Below are positions 13,380 through 26,580 of a DNA stretch of 64,000 nucleotides, in pieces (within the stretch, counting starts at the first letter, position 1; every line of letters starts with the position of its first letter). The DNA is taken from NCBI GenBank assembly GCA_013265495.1, contig MU058844.1, forward strand, positions 8,431,260-8,495,259. Direction: 5' to 3'. The translations under genes were made by a program, and so were the position numbers. The DNA is from Vicugna vicugna. Taxonomy: Eukaryota. A model generated the notes under the pieces. That model saw nothing but the letters and a program-made list of their open reading frames with translations, searched no databases and was not told where the DNA came from.

Positions 13380-14610
13380 TGCTTCCTAACTAGTCTCTCT
13401 GTCTCTGATCAAGCTCCATGCCAACCTATCTTCTATTATGCCAAAAATACTATTTTTCAGAAATGTAAGTGAAATGTATGCAACTCTTTTGCATTAAACA
13501 CTCAAAAATATTTTTCATGGAACAAAGTATACTTTGTCTTCCACTAAATAATACTCAGGTCTCAGTACAGCACTCATGGCTGTCATAATCCGGTCCTAAT
13601 TTGTTTCTTCAGTCATGCTTTCTTATTTTTAAGAAAAGTTTATTATTTATTTTTATTGTTCATTTTTCATATTTTCACCCTCACGCCCAACTTAGTCTCT
13701 GCCATATATCCATGTGGACTTGCCTTACTCAGAACAGTTTCTGCCTCTTTGCCTCTTGTCCACAAAGTTTTTAAAGTGTCCTTCCCTAACTCATTTATCT
13801 TTTTGAATGAGGATCAAATGTCATCTTTTTCAGAAAGCTTTCCTTTATCCCTCAGTTATTAAAAATTATTCTCTCTTTTAGCCTTAATAGCATTTGGTTT
13901 ATACATCCATCACTCATTGCTTCTTTCATTCTTTTTTTCAATAATTCATATTCATGGTTGGTTAAGATCTATAGGTCATGAATATATCATTCTCAGACAT
14001 GCATGAAAGTTCTGTGTAACTGCTTCTGAATTCCTCACTAGATCATGAGCTCCCTAAGGGGACAGAGAGTACCTCACTTACCTTACATCCTCAGTGCCTA
14101 CTATAGAACTATGTCGTATTGAATCAACATGTCCTCATTCTATTTTGAAAATATATGCTTTAAAAATTTATTTAGCCATAAATGAAACCTGATATACAAT
14201 TTTATCTAGGAAAAATAAACAGTTATTATGCCATAGAGACACAAATTTTTATCACCTGAGTTAATAATCTCAACTTATATTACACCTTCATATATAGAGG
14301 GTTTTAGAATATCTTATTTAAAACCACAATGACCGTTATTGAAAGACAGGCAAAAAAGATAGGAAAATATATACATAAAGTAAGTGATTTTTGAAAAGTT
14401 TTATTTTTATCTTCACATTCCTCCCCTGTTCAGTTTTTCTCCTGCTTATAACCTGACGTTATATATCTATTTATTTACTTTTTTATTACTTGATGCCTTC
14501 TTATAAGAATGTAAGTCTAGTGAGGACAGGGGCTTTGTTTCGGTCAATCATGTAACCCTGTGCCCTAGAATAGCGACTAGCATGTGTCAGGTACCCAATA
14601 AATATTTCTT
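13380..14610 (+). mobile_element. L2 LINE 3' fragments (interrupted)
   Basis: L2 3'-end signatures tagatcatgagctccctaaggggacag...cagtgcctac (14040-14125) and agaatgtaagtctagtgaggacagggg...caataaatattt (14505-14608). Confidence 0.6.
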
Positions 14611-17600
14611 ATATGAAGGGGAAAAAAAATCCCAAAATTACTAGGAATAAATCAAACTAAAACTGGGCAAGATTAACATAAATACCTCAAACAACAACCA
14701 AATAAATAAAGAGATAATTTATGTTACAAAGAGGAAAAACATATCATAAAGACATAATTTCTCCCCATAATTATCTTTAAGTTTAATGCATGTCAATTAA
14801 AATCCCAACAGGTTTTTTAATGGATTTTAAAAATCTGATTCTAAAACCCATCTGACACACAAATCATCAAAATCGGCTTTTACTGAATTTGGTCAACAAT
14901 GTTTATTATGATACAAACATTATTAAGAAAATGAGATAACTTAAAAATCATTCTTCTTAAGTATAAAACGTTTTGCAATTTTCATATGAATTTGCATTGT
15001 AATGTACACTTTAATCCCAAAAGAAAGAGTCAAACTTTTCTACCTAAACTTATTAAATGGTTGATGTGATCAGCATTTCAATTCTCTTACCAGATCTCTG
15101 GATAAATAAAATATTCCATCTTCAAATTTTAAAATGGTTCTAAATTGTTGATATTAAATAAGCACTTTAATATTAATTATCTCCTTTCCTGAAAGATGGC
15201 CTGTGCCTTCCACAGTAGACACATGATAAAGAGCTCTAGCAAAATATGAAACAGAAGCCTTATTGCTTGACTTTCCCATCTGGCATTGTTCACCGTGTAG
15301 TACTGTTCACACTAAATGTCCTGGCTTCCATTCCATCAGCAGAAATACCTGCTCAACCATAAAGAGTAACATTTTCCTAGCATCAACAAGATAACTCCTT
15401 AAAAGATAACATTCTTTTTTGATCTTGTAAGGGGCCAGATTACCCATAGATCTGGATTGTGTAAACTGCCCATAATATGTCACTTAATGTACAGCCCCAT
15501 CTCAAAAAAGTTACATTACTGTGCTTTGACTTCTAATGGGCGGAAGAGTTGTTGGAGCTCTCTGAGATGCTCTTCCTGGGTTATAATCAATAAAAGTGTC
15601 CTGGCTCGAATAAAATTTTCCATTTCTTTCTTGGATAGACTGATTGATTTTTCATTGACACTCTTCAGCAGTAATAATGAATATAAATAAACTAAGGAAT
15701 ATAATAAACTGAAGAATTCAAAACAGTACAACGAGAAGAGGAATAACTAGATAATTTAAAAGTAGGCCAATTCTAAAAACTGATCTACTCTCTTAAAATG
15801 ATTGGAATAAATATCGGTATAAAAATTTGGTAATTTAAAAATATAAAATTTATGTGTAGTTCTCAATAAAGATTCAAGTTGTAAAGCAGGTACAGAGAGA
15901 TCCTAGAATTCAAGACTTTTAAAGAAAATCACAGCAGGATAATCACATGTTCACATAAATTAACTGATTCTATAATATGAGGGAACATACTGATCCTCTC
16001 TGCCTTCACCAGAAAGTATCCTCAATTAAAGTCACTGAGATATATATCCCATGCATGGTCTTTTGCTTCAGAGAATACTCTAAAGGAGCATAGCTGGTTA
16101 GCCAAAGGTAAAAGAGTAACTTATTATTTCTCATTTGTTTCTCTCTAGACAACACCAGGCATAGCCCTATTTATATCATTTTTTTTTCTGCTTCTCATCT
16201 CTACTTGTGGCTCCATTATGTAACCAATGTATTAATATTTCACTTACCCTTTGGTTAAAAGTGAAGCTGGAAGTATAATCTCAAGGGAATATATAAACTA
16301 CAGTATATATAGAAAAGAAAATAAAAACCCAGTTACAAATGCATATATTGCTTTAATAGAATTGTACCTACATTCAAACACTGTTTCTGAATGAATCAGT
16401 CTGGATACTACTGTCTTGGTATTTTTATGCATGACTATAAGAATAGCAAGTTCAGGTACTGAGAGAAAAACACTGCGTTGGTCTGGCAAACACTGTGACA
16501 GCAGCTCCCCAATGGTGCTCCTCACTGTGCATGGCAAATTTTCTCTGCTGCTCTCGATCCACCCTTTATAGTCAAGACTGGAGTCTTGATAAAAGAGTTT
16601 ACAACTGAGACACATGGAATATCTGAAACATTAAGTCAATGAGACAATCTTTACACTAATATTATAAAGCATGTTGCAACTTCATTCCTATGAAAATTTT
16701 GCTCCTTTTGCCAGGCTGATGGTGAAGATAACTTAGATAATTTGCTTATAATGTATTTACCATGGGGAAAAAGAAATGTGAGAATACAATATTTATAGCA
16801 ACATAATTTTCAAGATAATTTGCTGTAAAGTATACAAATCCAAATTTGTATAAAAAACTAGTAAAATGTAAACTAGTTTCTTTTTTAAAGCCTGTTTGTT
16901 TGTAAACTTTCCAATAAAATTTTCTATCAGCTTTGATTTCATATAACTTTATATTTGGAGCATATAATAGTTCTCTTTACTACTTCTTTTAAGTGGATAT
17001 ATTAATTTTTTATTTTAGGTTTAATTACATTCGTGACTTCCTTATTTAACATGAACACAGGGAGAACTTGTTTTACGCTGAGTATAATCTACATGAGCTT
17101 CTAAAACCACTTTCTATTAGTCACGAAAACCATTAAAGAAAGGGGAAATGTATTAAAACTCCATGTCTAACTACTTCTAGGCAGCAAGCAGATGCCCTAT
17201 GGCAAAAGTAAGAATCAGTGCCAATACTCTAGAAAATGCACAACTGACTGAAGACCAGACACAGCTGTCTGTGTGAGGTAACTGCACAGACTGCCAAGTA
17301 CATCTAGAAATCTCTGCATTCATTCCATATTAATTGGCAAGAATTTTCCTGAGACATAAGCCCAAATGAACAGCGAGAAATAATGTGATATTGTAACAAA
17401 AGCTTCTAAACAGCTGAATCTACAAGGTTGACAGTAGAGTCTACTTGTCTGCTCTAGGATTACAAGAGCAGTATCTATATCAAGCTGAGGTAGCTCCGGA
17501 TAATTACTGATTGAATTTCTGAACAAGCTAATAAAGTTACTATTGATAGTTAAGAAAATAAAAATTTAAATATGCATTTAACTAGGAATTATTGTTAGAT

Positions 17601-19000
17601 AATTTTACTTAACATAAAACTGTGAAAAGCAACACTTATGGCCATTATTACACTGACATATATTTAAAAGTATAATCTTCAAAAATACCATTTTATCAGT
17701 CAAATGCAGAATCATAGCAGGAAAGCAGAGTATTTGTTTATTCAAACCCAATATTATTAAGAAAAAAAGGTAAATTAAACCTAAATGTTGTGATAAATAA
17801 AGGTGAGGGTCAGTTTAAATAAAAAGCATGTTTTGGAAAGTTTCATTCAAGTCATAGAAGTATATTATTGGAGTCATAAGAGACCTCCAAGATCATTTAA
17901 TTGAACACTTCTCTTTTTACTAATTGGCAAATGATCCATAAAGGCTAACTGATTTATCTGAGTCCACAGCACTGCAGGGATAGAAGTAAAACTTGAGTCA
18001 GTCAAAGCATCTCCTCCTTTACAGGGTACTTGTGGACTTCCTTGGGCATTTATATCTCACTGTCTGTGTATCCAATATAACATACATAACTCTAATATAG
18101 AACCTATCACACTGTATTCCAACTGTCTTTTGTTATCTGTCTTCCTGTTGGGTTGTAAATTTCTTTATATTGTCTTCCTAGAAATCCCTGGTCTCTTGCA
18201 AAGTGGACAGTTAGTGGGTACACAGTTCCTTGAGTGTCTCCTATATCTCACCACATTCAATGCTGAGTAAGTGTTCATTGATATTCTCAAAGCTCAAAAT
18301 CGTTGTTACTAAATCAGCTCTTATGTTCTCATAATTTCAGAGAGAAATTTAATTTCAGGTTGGATTTAAATACGTAGAACTTTCTAAAATATTTCCATGC
18401 CCCAATATCCAGATCCAGGTTCTAGATTAAATATTAATGATTTATAGAAAGGCTAAAAGAAAGTTCATTGAAAATAATTAATTTGAAATAATATCAATTA
18501 TTTATAAACTATTTGTTTTTAAAACTTTCTTTTCTTTAAAGAATTATTCTGAAATATAATTAATCACTTATAATGTATTTTTAATAATAATTTGTTTTTA
18601 TTTTCTCAATTTTTATGCTAAAATTCTTTTCAAAAAATTAAGTAATGAACATGTGATGTAGCAGGCACCATGATATATAAATGAAGTAAAATATTCGCTC
18701 TTAAACTTAGAAGTTTATGAATCTGAAAAATCCCTGTGAGATTCAGTTGAAAAGCTTAAGTCCTTTTGTGAAAAATTTGACAATTAAAAAAGAAATAAAC
18801 TCAGAAAAGACATAAATATCCCTTTGTATTTGTCAAAATAAAGCAACTCATTCTTTTAACAAATACATATTCAGCATCTGCTATATACCAGATACTGTCT
18901 GGGATGCTTTACAGATAAGTTGATTTGCAGCTTAAATGAGCAAATTCACTTAGTTATAACAAACATAAATTTATATTTATTTCAAACTATGGGCTAAAGT

Positions 19001-19187
19001 CAGTGGTGTAGTGAAGTTGGCTCCCAAGAGAGCTGATTGTGCCATCCCTCCCCAGCTCAGCATTCAGTGACATCAGGTGGAGAGCCTGAAACTGGCCAAG
19101 CTGGGGGTATTTACACCAAGGAAATCAGGAAATGCTATGTATTCAGGGACAGAGCAAACCATTTAAATATCTACTGTCACACCACTG
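19001..19187 (+). mobile_element. MER63-like hAT MITE
   Basis: TIRs CAGTGGTGT / ACACCACTG. Flanks gctaaagt (18993-19000) and gctacaat (19188-19195) match at 6/8 as an 8-bp TSD. Internal ttcagtgacatca...gtatttacacca fits MER63. Confidence 0.8.
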
Positions 19188-19369
19188 GCTACAATCCATT
19201 AATGGGTCATGAAATTACTTTAGTGGACTGTGACTGAGAGCTCAGTCCTCTTTTTGAGAGTTACTCCTCTCAACTCCCGAAATTGGGACTCAAGAGAAGG
19301 GAGACAGGAAAGAAAGAAGGAAAGGGCTGCTGGCCTGGGGAGGGGAGGGGAAGAAAACGGATGTTTTTG

Positions 19370-19820
19370 TAGATGCCGTTAGAAGCTTTCCAACAGCCAT
19401 TTTTAACCCCTGTCTACTTCGCCTGCCCCACAACAGATGCTGGAAAGTCAAATATTCACTTTGTCAGGCTCCCTTGCAGCCAGAAGGTATCTGTGAACCA
19501 TGTCTAGACAATGAGACATAAGGTAATTCTGCTAAGAATTGCTGGACAGATTTTTCCCTCCTTGACAAAAGGAGAGAAACGCTTGAGAAGAAAGTCTCTA
19601 ACTCATGCTCACCTCTCATGAAGACATGATGCTTACAACTGCAGCAATCACCTTATAGCCCCAAGAGGGATGTCTAACTGTGAACCCAGAACCCTGATGT
19701 CACCCAGCCTGTGAACCGACCCTCCTGACTGCTGGTTATATGAGATAATGGCTTTATTGCTTAGGCCACTGTTAAGTGAACTTCATAGTATTTGCAGCTA
19801 AGAGTATTTAAAACTGACAT
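19370..19820. mobile_element. Old LTR element (MaLR/ERVL class)
   Basis: ctcccttgcagccaga...gacatgatgcttacaactgcagcaatcacctt...tatttgcagctaagag, typical of degenerate MLT/LTR16-type LTRs. Confidence 0.5.
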
Positions 19821-20932
19821 AGGTATGGTTAACTACTATCTTCCTTTCTAAGATGTGGCTCTTCAGAAGTCCCTGCCTCTACATTACAGATAAAATTCAT
19901 CCTGAAGCCTTCTCAGTCTCCTTTCCCTCAGGGCCCACGTGGCCCACACAAATAGAAAATGATTAGAAAAAAATAAGAAGTTAATTATGCAGTACAGGTA
20001 ATAAAGGGAAAAATGGAGAAATTAAAATAGGTTGCAACAATTAAAGTCATGCCAGTTTAATAAAATCTTAATCCTAGTAAAAGAAGTAGCTGAAATCTAC
20101 ATAAAAAGATAAGCTTATAAAATGTAGGAGATGCCAGATTTTTCTTATAATGAGTACTTACACTTATTAAACCTTAACACAAAATAGAGACCTTTAAGGA
20201 TAGTGCTGCTCCTTAAGACAAAATGTAATCCCTTCCACATGAGCTGAGACACTCAGAGACACCTCACCCTGACCACATTCCAGAGAAGGAAAGCAGCACC
20301 AGGTCACTCTATTCGACTGTGAACAAGTTAGAGGACAAAACTGAAGAGAGGGAGGCAGGGATTAGGAAACTGTCTTAACCCAGTGTTACCAAGGACAGAC
20401 TTACCAGTCCCCAAACTGTCTCTGTCAAATCAATGTCCCTACTCAGTTCCTAAACTCAAAGTAACCAAGCTTTTTTCGTATTTAAGGAGCACTATTCTTA
20501 AAAACAGATGAGGGCTAGAACTAGTATTCAGTTCTGCATTTGGCCTCTACTCTATACTCAGGAAGAACTAGTATTTGTGTACTCCCCTGAGGGGTAGCTT
20601 TCCTTGCTCACCCATTTTATTCCCACATACTCTGCCTCTGCTTGTGTCTTAGGTTCTGGTTTAGACTCTAGTCCTCTAATAAAATCAGTACCCATTCCAG
20701 AACACTAACACATTGGGTTGTAGCCTTGATGATTTAAAATTTAAACAGAATCTCCCCAGGAGGCCAAATCCTATTCCTCTATGCCAGCCTCTGAGTTTTA
20801 ACAGTGTGACTCTACAGCCAGAATGACTAGGCTAAATAATTCCTCCACTTATTAACTGTGTGATCTTAGGCAGGTTACTTAACCTCTGGGATTCAGTTTT
20901 CTCATCTAAAAATGAACACAATGATAACAGTA

Positions 20933-21244
20933 CAGTTGGCCCTCCATATCCAGGGGTTCTACATTTACAGGATTCAACCAATCATGGATCAAAATTTTGG
21001 GGCAGAAAAAATTCATAAAGTTCTAAAAGCAAAACTTGAATTTGCTGTGTACCAGGCAACTATTTACATATTATTTTCATTGTATTAGGTATTATAAGTA
21101 ATCTAGAGATAAACTACACAGGAGGATGTGAGTAGCTTATATACAAATACTATGCCATTTTATATAAGGAACTTGAGCATCCCTGAATTTTGTTATCCAC
21201 AAGGATCCTGAAATCAACCTCTGGTGGATACTGAGGAATGACTG
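20933..21244 (+). mobile_element. Tigger3a-like MITE inserted into a MIR
   Basis: TA|CAGTTGGCCCTCCATATCC...GGATACTGAGGAATGACTG|TA (TIRs and TA duplication). MIR halves continue on both sides (~20790-20932 and 21245-21350). Confidence 0.85.
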
Positions 21245-22730
21245 TATTACCTTACAAGAGTATTATGGGGAACAAAGGAATTAATAAAAGTAAAGTATTT
21301 GAAATAGTGCTTCACTTACAGTAAATGCTCATTAAAAATTAGCATTTATTAACCAACATGGTAGTTTTGCACCTAATGAGAACTCTTGCTGCATGTGGTC
21401 AAATTTTCCAGTAAGACCCTTTGATAACAGATGCCAACTCATATAAACTTACAGGAAAAGTAAACTACCTTTCATCCCTCAGCCTGGGCCTGAATGACTC
21501 AGTTACAGCACTAATGCCATTTTCTGACAGAATACATAGCAGGCAGCTACATTAGGGTGAACCAAAACCTAGCGATGACCAAGGCCAGAGGCAGCAAAAA
21601 AAAAAAAAGGCACAATGCTTCTGTCTTGTGTTAAAAAAAAAAATTCCTAGGGAACCCCCTAGAAGATATGTTCCTCATGCCTCACTGGTTAAGAAATGTG
21701 TCTCACAGTTATTCCTAAACAAATGGAATTACCAAAACTAATTTAGATTGAGCGTCAAAAATTTCTAAGGCTATAGCAGGGCTCAATCTCCCTAATAACT
21801 GAAGCTTGAAGAAAATCATAGCTCAGTTAGCAAGGAAAAGGAGATGTGTGGATCTGGGTAAGTAATGGATAGGAAACCTTAGCATCTTTCTACCTTTATG
21901 GGAAAAGTGGCCAAAAGAAGTTCTCTCTCCAAATTCTAGATGAAGAAATAATATCAGTATTTCAAATTAATTATGATAATAATAATCAATATTGAGACAA
22001 AACACCAAAACAAGTCAAGATTGAGAAAACAAGCTTTATATTCTATAAAGCACAGCAGTAAAACTGTTTCTGGTATTTCTTGTTCTCCTAGGAACTACTG
22101 GCTCATGATGTATAAATATTTAAAAGCAGTTTTTAAAGTAGGACTTCGGTATTCATAACTGCTCAGAGAGTTCTGAGGTATTTTTGAAAACTGACGTTCA
22201 TGACAGACCACCTCTATGGTCTACCACAGTGTACTAGGCAAACACATTCATGTATAACACATATAGTTTACATAGTACATATGATCACAAAAAGAAGCAG
22301 TGTACATACCAGACTCTCCTATACTTTGTTGGACTATTAATAACTCAAATTTATATCCCAAAGGGCAACGCTGCCCTCAATTCAAACTACAAAACAGCTG
22401 TGCAAACAAACTAAGGGTTAGGGGGAGGCGTGTAAGATATGAAGGGAGAGACACACGACATACTTGATTATTCAGAGATATAACTTCACGGAATCAAGTC
22501 CTAGATATATGACTGGAAATACGCTAGCCCTGTGCATGTAAACCCCTTGCCCTAGAAGTTAGTTACTGTAATATAATGATTAAACTGTAGAGTGGTGAAT
22601 TTCTATTTTAGTAAGGAATACTAAGACTATATAGTATATGTTGTATGTATAAAACAAGACCACATCTCTACTCTTCCAAACAGTCACTGCTCAACAGCCA
22701 AAACCAAATTGTGTGCTGTTGTTTGCCTTC

Positions 22731-22768
22731 ACAGACAGACAGACAGACACACAGACACACACACACAC
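22731..22768. repeat. (AGAC)n(AC)n compound microsatellite
   Basis: acagacagacagacagacacacagacacacacacacac. Confidence 0.9.
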
Positions 22769-23194
22769 CTGCTCATCAGTAAAATTAAGCTATCAAAATT
22801 TTAGTGGTACTCATATTTTGGACTTTCTTTGCCTAGATTTTTTTCCCTTGATTTTTTCTGATTTCTAACCCTTAACTTTATTGTGTATTTATGACCCAGT
22901 TTGCCCTGTATGTTTGATTTCCCAGGTTTTCACTCTGAGCTCTATACTTCAAGGACTTTTTTTGGTGGGGGTAGGGAGGGCATGGTTAATGACTCTGTCT
23001 GCACTCTGAACTGTGATATACCCTTCTGGACCCTTTTGGATTCAGCCTCTGGTTTGGATCTGCAAGCTGGCACGTGAGTAGAGTCCACCTAAGTCTCTGC
23101 ATGGGAGAAGTTAGAATAACTACAAGTGACATTGAATGTATTTCTAAAAAACATCTTCTAGAATGCTGTACATCTTTTTTAGGAGCCGTAATAA

Positions 23195-23373
23195 GTCCTT
23201 GTTTTCAATGATGCTATTCATTAGAATTACCTATAGAGCTTCTTAAAAATATTTATATTCAAGTGTCATTCTTAGAGACTGTAATCCAGAAGGTCAGAAG
23301 CAGGTCCCAGGCATCTAGATTCTGAAAGTGTCATATTTGATCCAGTTGGGCAGCCAGTGTTGAGAAACACTGC
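23195..23373. mobile_element. MER5-like hAT-Charlie element
   Basis: cattagaattacctatagagcttcttaaaaat...cccaggcatct...gcagccagtgttgagaaacactg. Confidence 0.6.
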
Positions 23374-26300
23374 TATAAAAATTGCAGGAGATGGTCCGTA
23401 TCTTCTTTCTTTCACTATAGCCAAGATAAGGCAAGAAAAATGAAGATAGGAGTGTGGGAAAGAGAGAAGTGACCACTGCCACCCAGTTTTTGAGATGAGA
23501 AAATGCAGAGTCCAAAGCTGGGCAAAACTGCAATGTGAACCAATGTTGCTTTTCTTATTCCTATGACTTATTTTTCTACATTTTCCTCCTCTCTTTTGAC
23601 TTTCCAACTCTTTCCCTGACTTCCAAAGCACTGGAAGGTGCTCACGTTACATACATCTCCATCTATGTCACCGTATCACTCAGTCCTGCTTATTCTTTGC
23701 TTTCCTAAAAAGCAAAGCTCCCAGCTCTCTGTTCTTTTCAGGCATTTATGAGGAAATCAAATAACACTAAGTTATTACTATTAGCTTTCCCCACTTAAGT
23801 CTAGTATTGTTTACCAGATAATCTCAATGATTCTCAATGGTTAAGATATTTTTGACAGGAAGGACTTTCCATGAATTTAGAAGCAAAATCAGAGTCTGTA
23901 GCTGCCAGTCACTGTTGTAACAAACCTTTCCAACCCTTTCTGTCGGAGTCCTGGGGCCAAAAACATCCTATCAATGTCGTGAACAAAGGTAACTGCTACT
24001 CAATTATCTACTCAACAAACCCTGTACAAACAACGATCTACATGAACCATGTTTGATGCAATGTGCTTAGTTCTGAAGATACAAAAGTGAATAAAAACGA
24101 GTGTCTGTATTTTAAATACTTATAAATCTATCAAATCTTCCCATGGCAGAAACAAAGTGGAAGAGGCTGAAGATGTGGATGCACTAATCTTCCTTCTTCC
24201 TTCAGATTCTGTAAAGGCCTCTCTACTGAACATGCCTTAGTCAAAGGAATTTTTTGTTTCAGTTTGAATACATGGTCAGTAAAAGTTGTAAACAGTTTAA
24301 TACAATAATCTGTTAAAACAGGTACCTAAAGACTGATATAAAATGGACTGACAAAGGAGCAGATGGTCACTCTCTTAAATTTTTCATACCCTGGTAAGCA
24401 GCTTCTGCTAACCCCTTTAAGTACAAAACTGAAGAATCAGACATTAGATAAAAAATGTACCAATGACATTTCTGGTTGCAAAAAAATATTGCTGGCCCCT
24501 TAAATCTGAATTTATTTACATATTCAACAAAAGCCAGACAAAAAATTAAAAAATTATTCATAAGCCACACTTTACATTACAAATCTTCATTTAAATGTAA
24601 GTTAGGAAATAAACATCCCAAAGCAGCAGAACCAGCTCAGGGGTTCACTCCAGAGGGAGAGGCAGGTGTGGAAAAATGTGTGTGATGGAGAACAAAGCAT
24701 ACTGCTAAAAGAGAGGATCCCACTCATGGTGAGAAATGCAGACAGTAGGTCTGAGACCTGATGATACAGAGCAATGGCTGCAATGGCAGTCTTAAGAAGG
24801 TGCCACCTAAAGAGGAGGGGGAGCCTCTTAGGAAAGGAAGGCATTTGGGGGGGGGATGATGATAAAGTGAAAGAAGGAAGCAGGCAGCTGAAATGAAAGC
24901 TCTTACACTGTAAGACAGTACCTCTGAATTGAAAGACACATGAAGTGACTATACCTACCCCAAACTGAGCCAACTATTTAAAAAAAACCCATTCCATTGT
25001 ACCCACAGAACAGGAAGCTCTTGAACTAAGAATGAAAAGTCCCCTATGTAGAATTTTGTGCTATTGCTGATTCAGGAAAACACTTTGCATTTAATATTTT
25101 AAAAGCTGTAAAATTGTGATTGTATTAAAGTGTCTTTTTTCCCCTATTTCTTTCAGGAAAAATGCACAAAAGGCTGTGTAAATATTGGGTATATACTTTA
25201 GAATAAATAAATCTTTAAGTTCACTTTTCCCACTAAATTTCTACCTTGAAAATTTTTGTACTCAGAGAAAAGCTGGAAATAATGGCATGACAAACATATA
25301 TTCTCCATTTAAATTAAACTGTTGTTAACTTTTTGCCAATTTGTTTTCTTTCTCTCCTTCTGTGTATCTATATAAATTCACAATTTTACTTCTGCATGCC
25401 TTTCCCAGAAGACAGTTTTTAAAACCCTGACATAAAAAAATTCAAATTCAGTTAACTCTTTTTCACAAAAACCTTTGCCAGTTTTAAGGATGATCTCTGT
25501 TTTACCCAGCTGAATTTCAGTGGAATTATACGATCATAATTTTCACCTTTTGGCCCTGACTAAATTAAAAGTAATCAAAATTTCATATTCATCTAGGTTT
25601 TAAAACTGAGAAAAAGCTAACAATACCAACCATATTCACACAACTTTCTGACCTAAAAATTGTTAGCAAGGGACACTGGATGTGGATAGAGACTTCATTA
25701 AACTAATAGAAAAGAGAACTACTAATATTAATAGACTAAATACATCTACTCTGAATCAGTGGTTTTGAAACCATGTCTAACAGAGAGATATAAGAGAGAA
25801 AATGGGTCAAACAGAGGGACGTCAGGAGCTGCTCTGGATGAAGGGTATGGGCATCTTAACACCAACGTCCTCAGTACTTTGCTCCTCAGGTGCCTTCTCA
25901 GCCCAGGGAGCACAATCTGAATACTATTATTTTAATGCAATTGCACAGTTTTCTAGCTTTTTAAAATCACAGTATTTTGACTTGTTGAAATACAGTAAGA
26001 AACTATTAGGGAGTGCAGAGAAGTATCAATGTTTCTTACAAAACACAGAAGGCTTTGGAAATGAAAGCAAATCTTGCCAAAACTAAGTTTATGACAAAAT
26101 AGCTTAGCTTTACTACCTGAGTAAATGTATATCTTATAAATATTTTTAAACAAAAGTTCTCTAAAACATAAGGTACAGAGTTTTCACATATTTGCGCTTT
26201 TCAACATTCATTAAGACCATACTATGACCAAAGAAACTATAATAAAACACAAGTGATAGTGCATCAAATTTTGTTTGATGTACCATTTCTAAAATTACAA

Positions 26301-26432
26301 GAATATCAGATATTATCTCAAATGTTAATTCAAAGTGACAATGATGTCAACAACAAAAAAAAAAAGAGGGAGAGATACAAAGCAGCCATTACATTTAAAT
26401 AGATACAATTATGAGAATGAAGAATTCTGTAC

Positions 26433-26580
26433 CTTTTTGTGGGTTTTCAAACTCTTCAGATAAGAGGTGGTAGCAACAACCCACGCTGCAAACTCCCTTG
26501 ATTTCAGACTTGGAAGTGAATATTCGCAGAGTATTTGGAGCAAGATCACCACAAGTATGTAAACCTACCATCAAACAATC
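26433..26580 (-). CDS. METTL25: METTL25 coding exon 5
   Basis: tttaag|GATTGT...CAAAAAG|gtacag; 148 nt, phase 0-1; DCLMVGLHTCGDLAPNTLRIFTSKSEIKGVCSVGCCYHLLSEEFENPQK, with the GLHxCGDL and GCCYH motifs of this family. Confidence 0.95.

Noticed and set aside
15516..15731. Protein-like minus-strand ORF (...EEHLRELQQLFRPLEVKAQ) in METTL25 intron 5
   Set aside because: Splice sites are weak, exons 5 and 6 already join in frame, and I recognise no homology.
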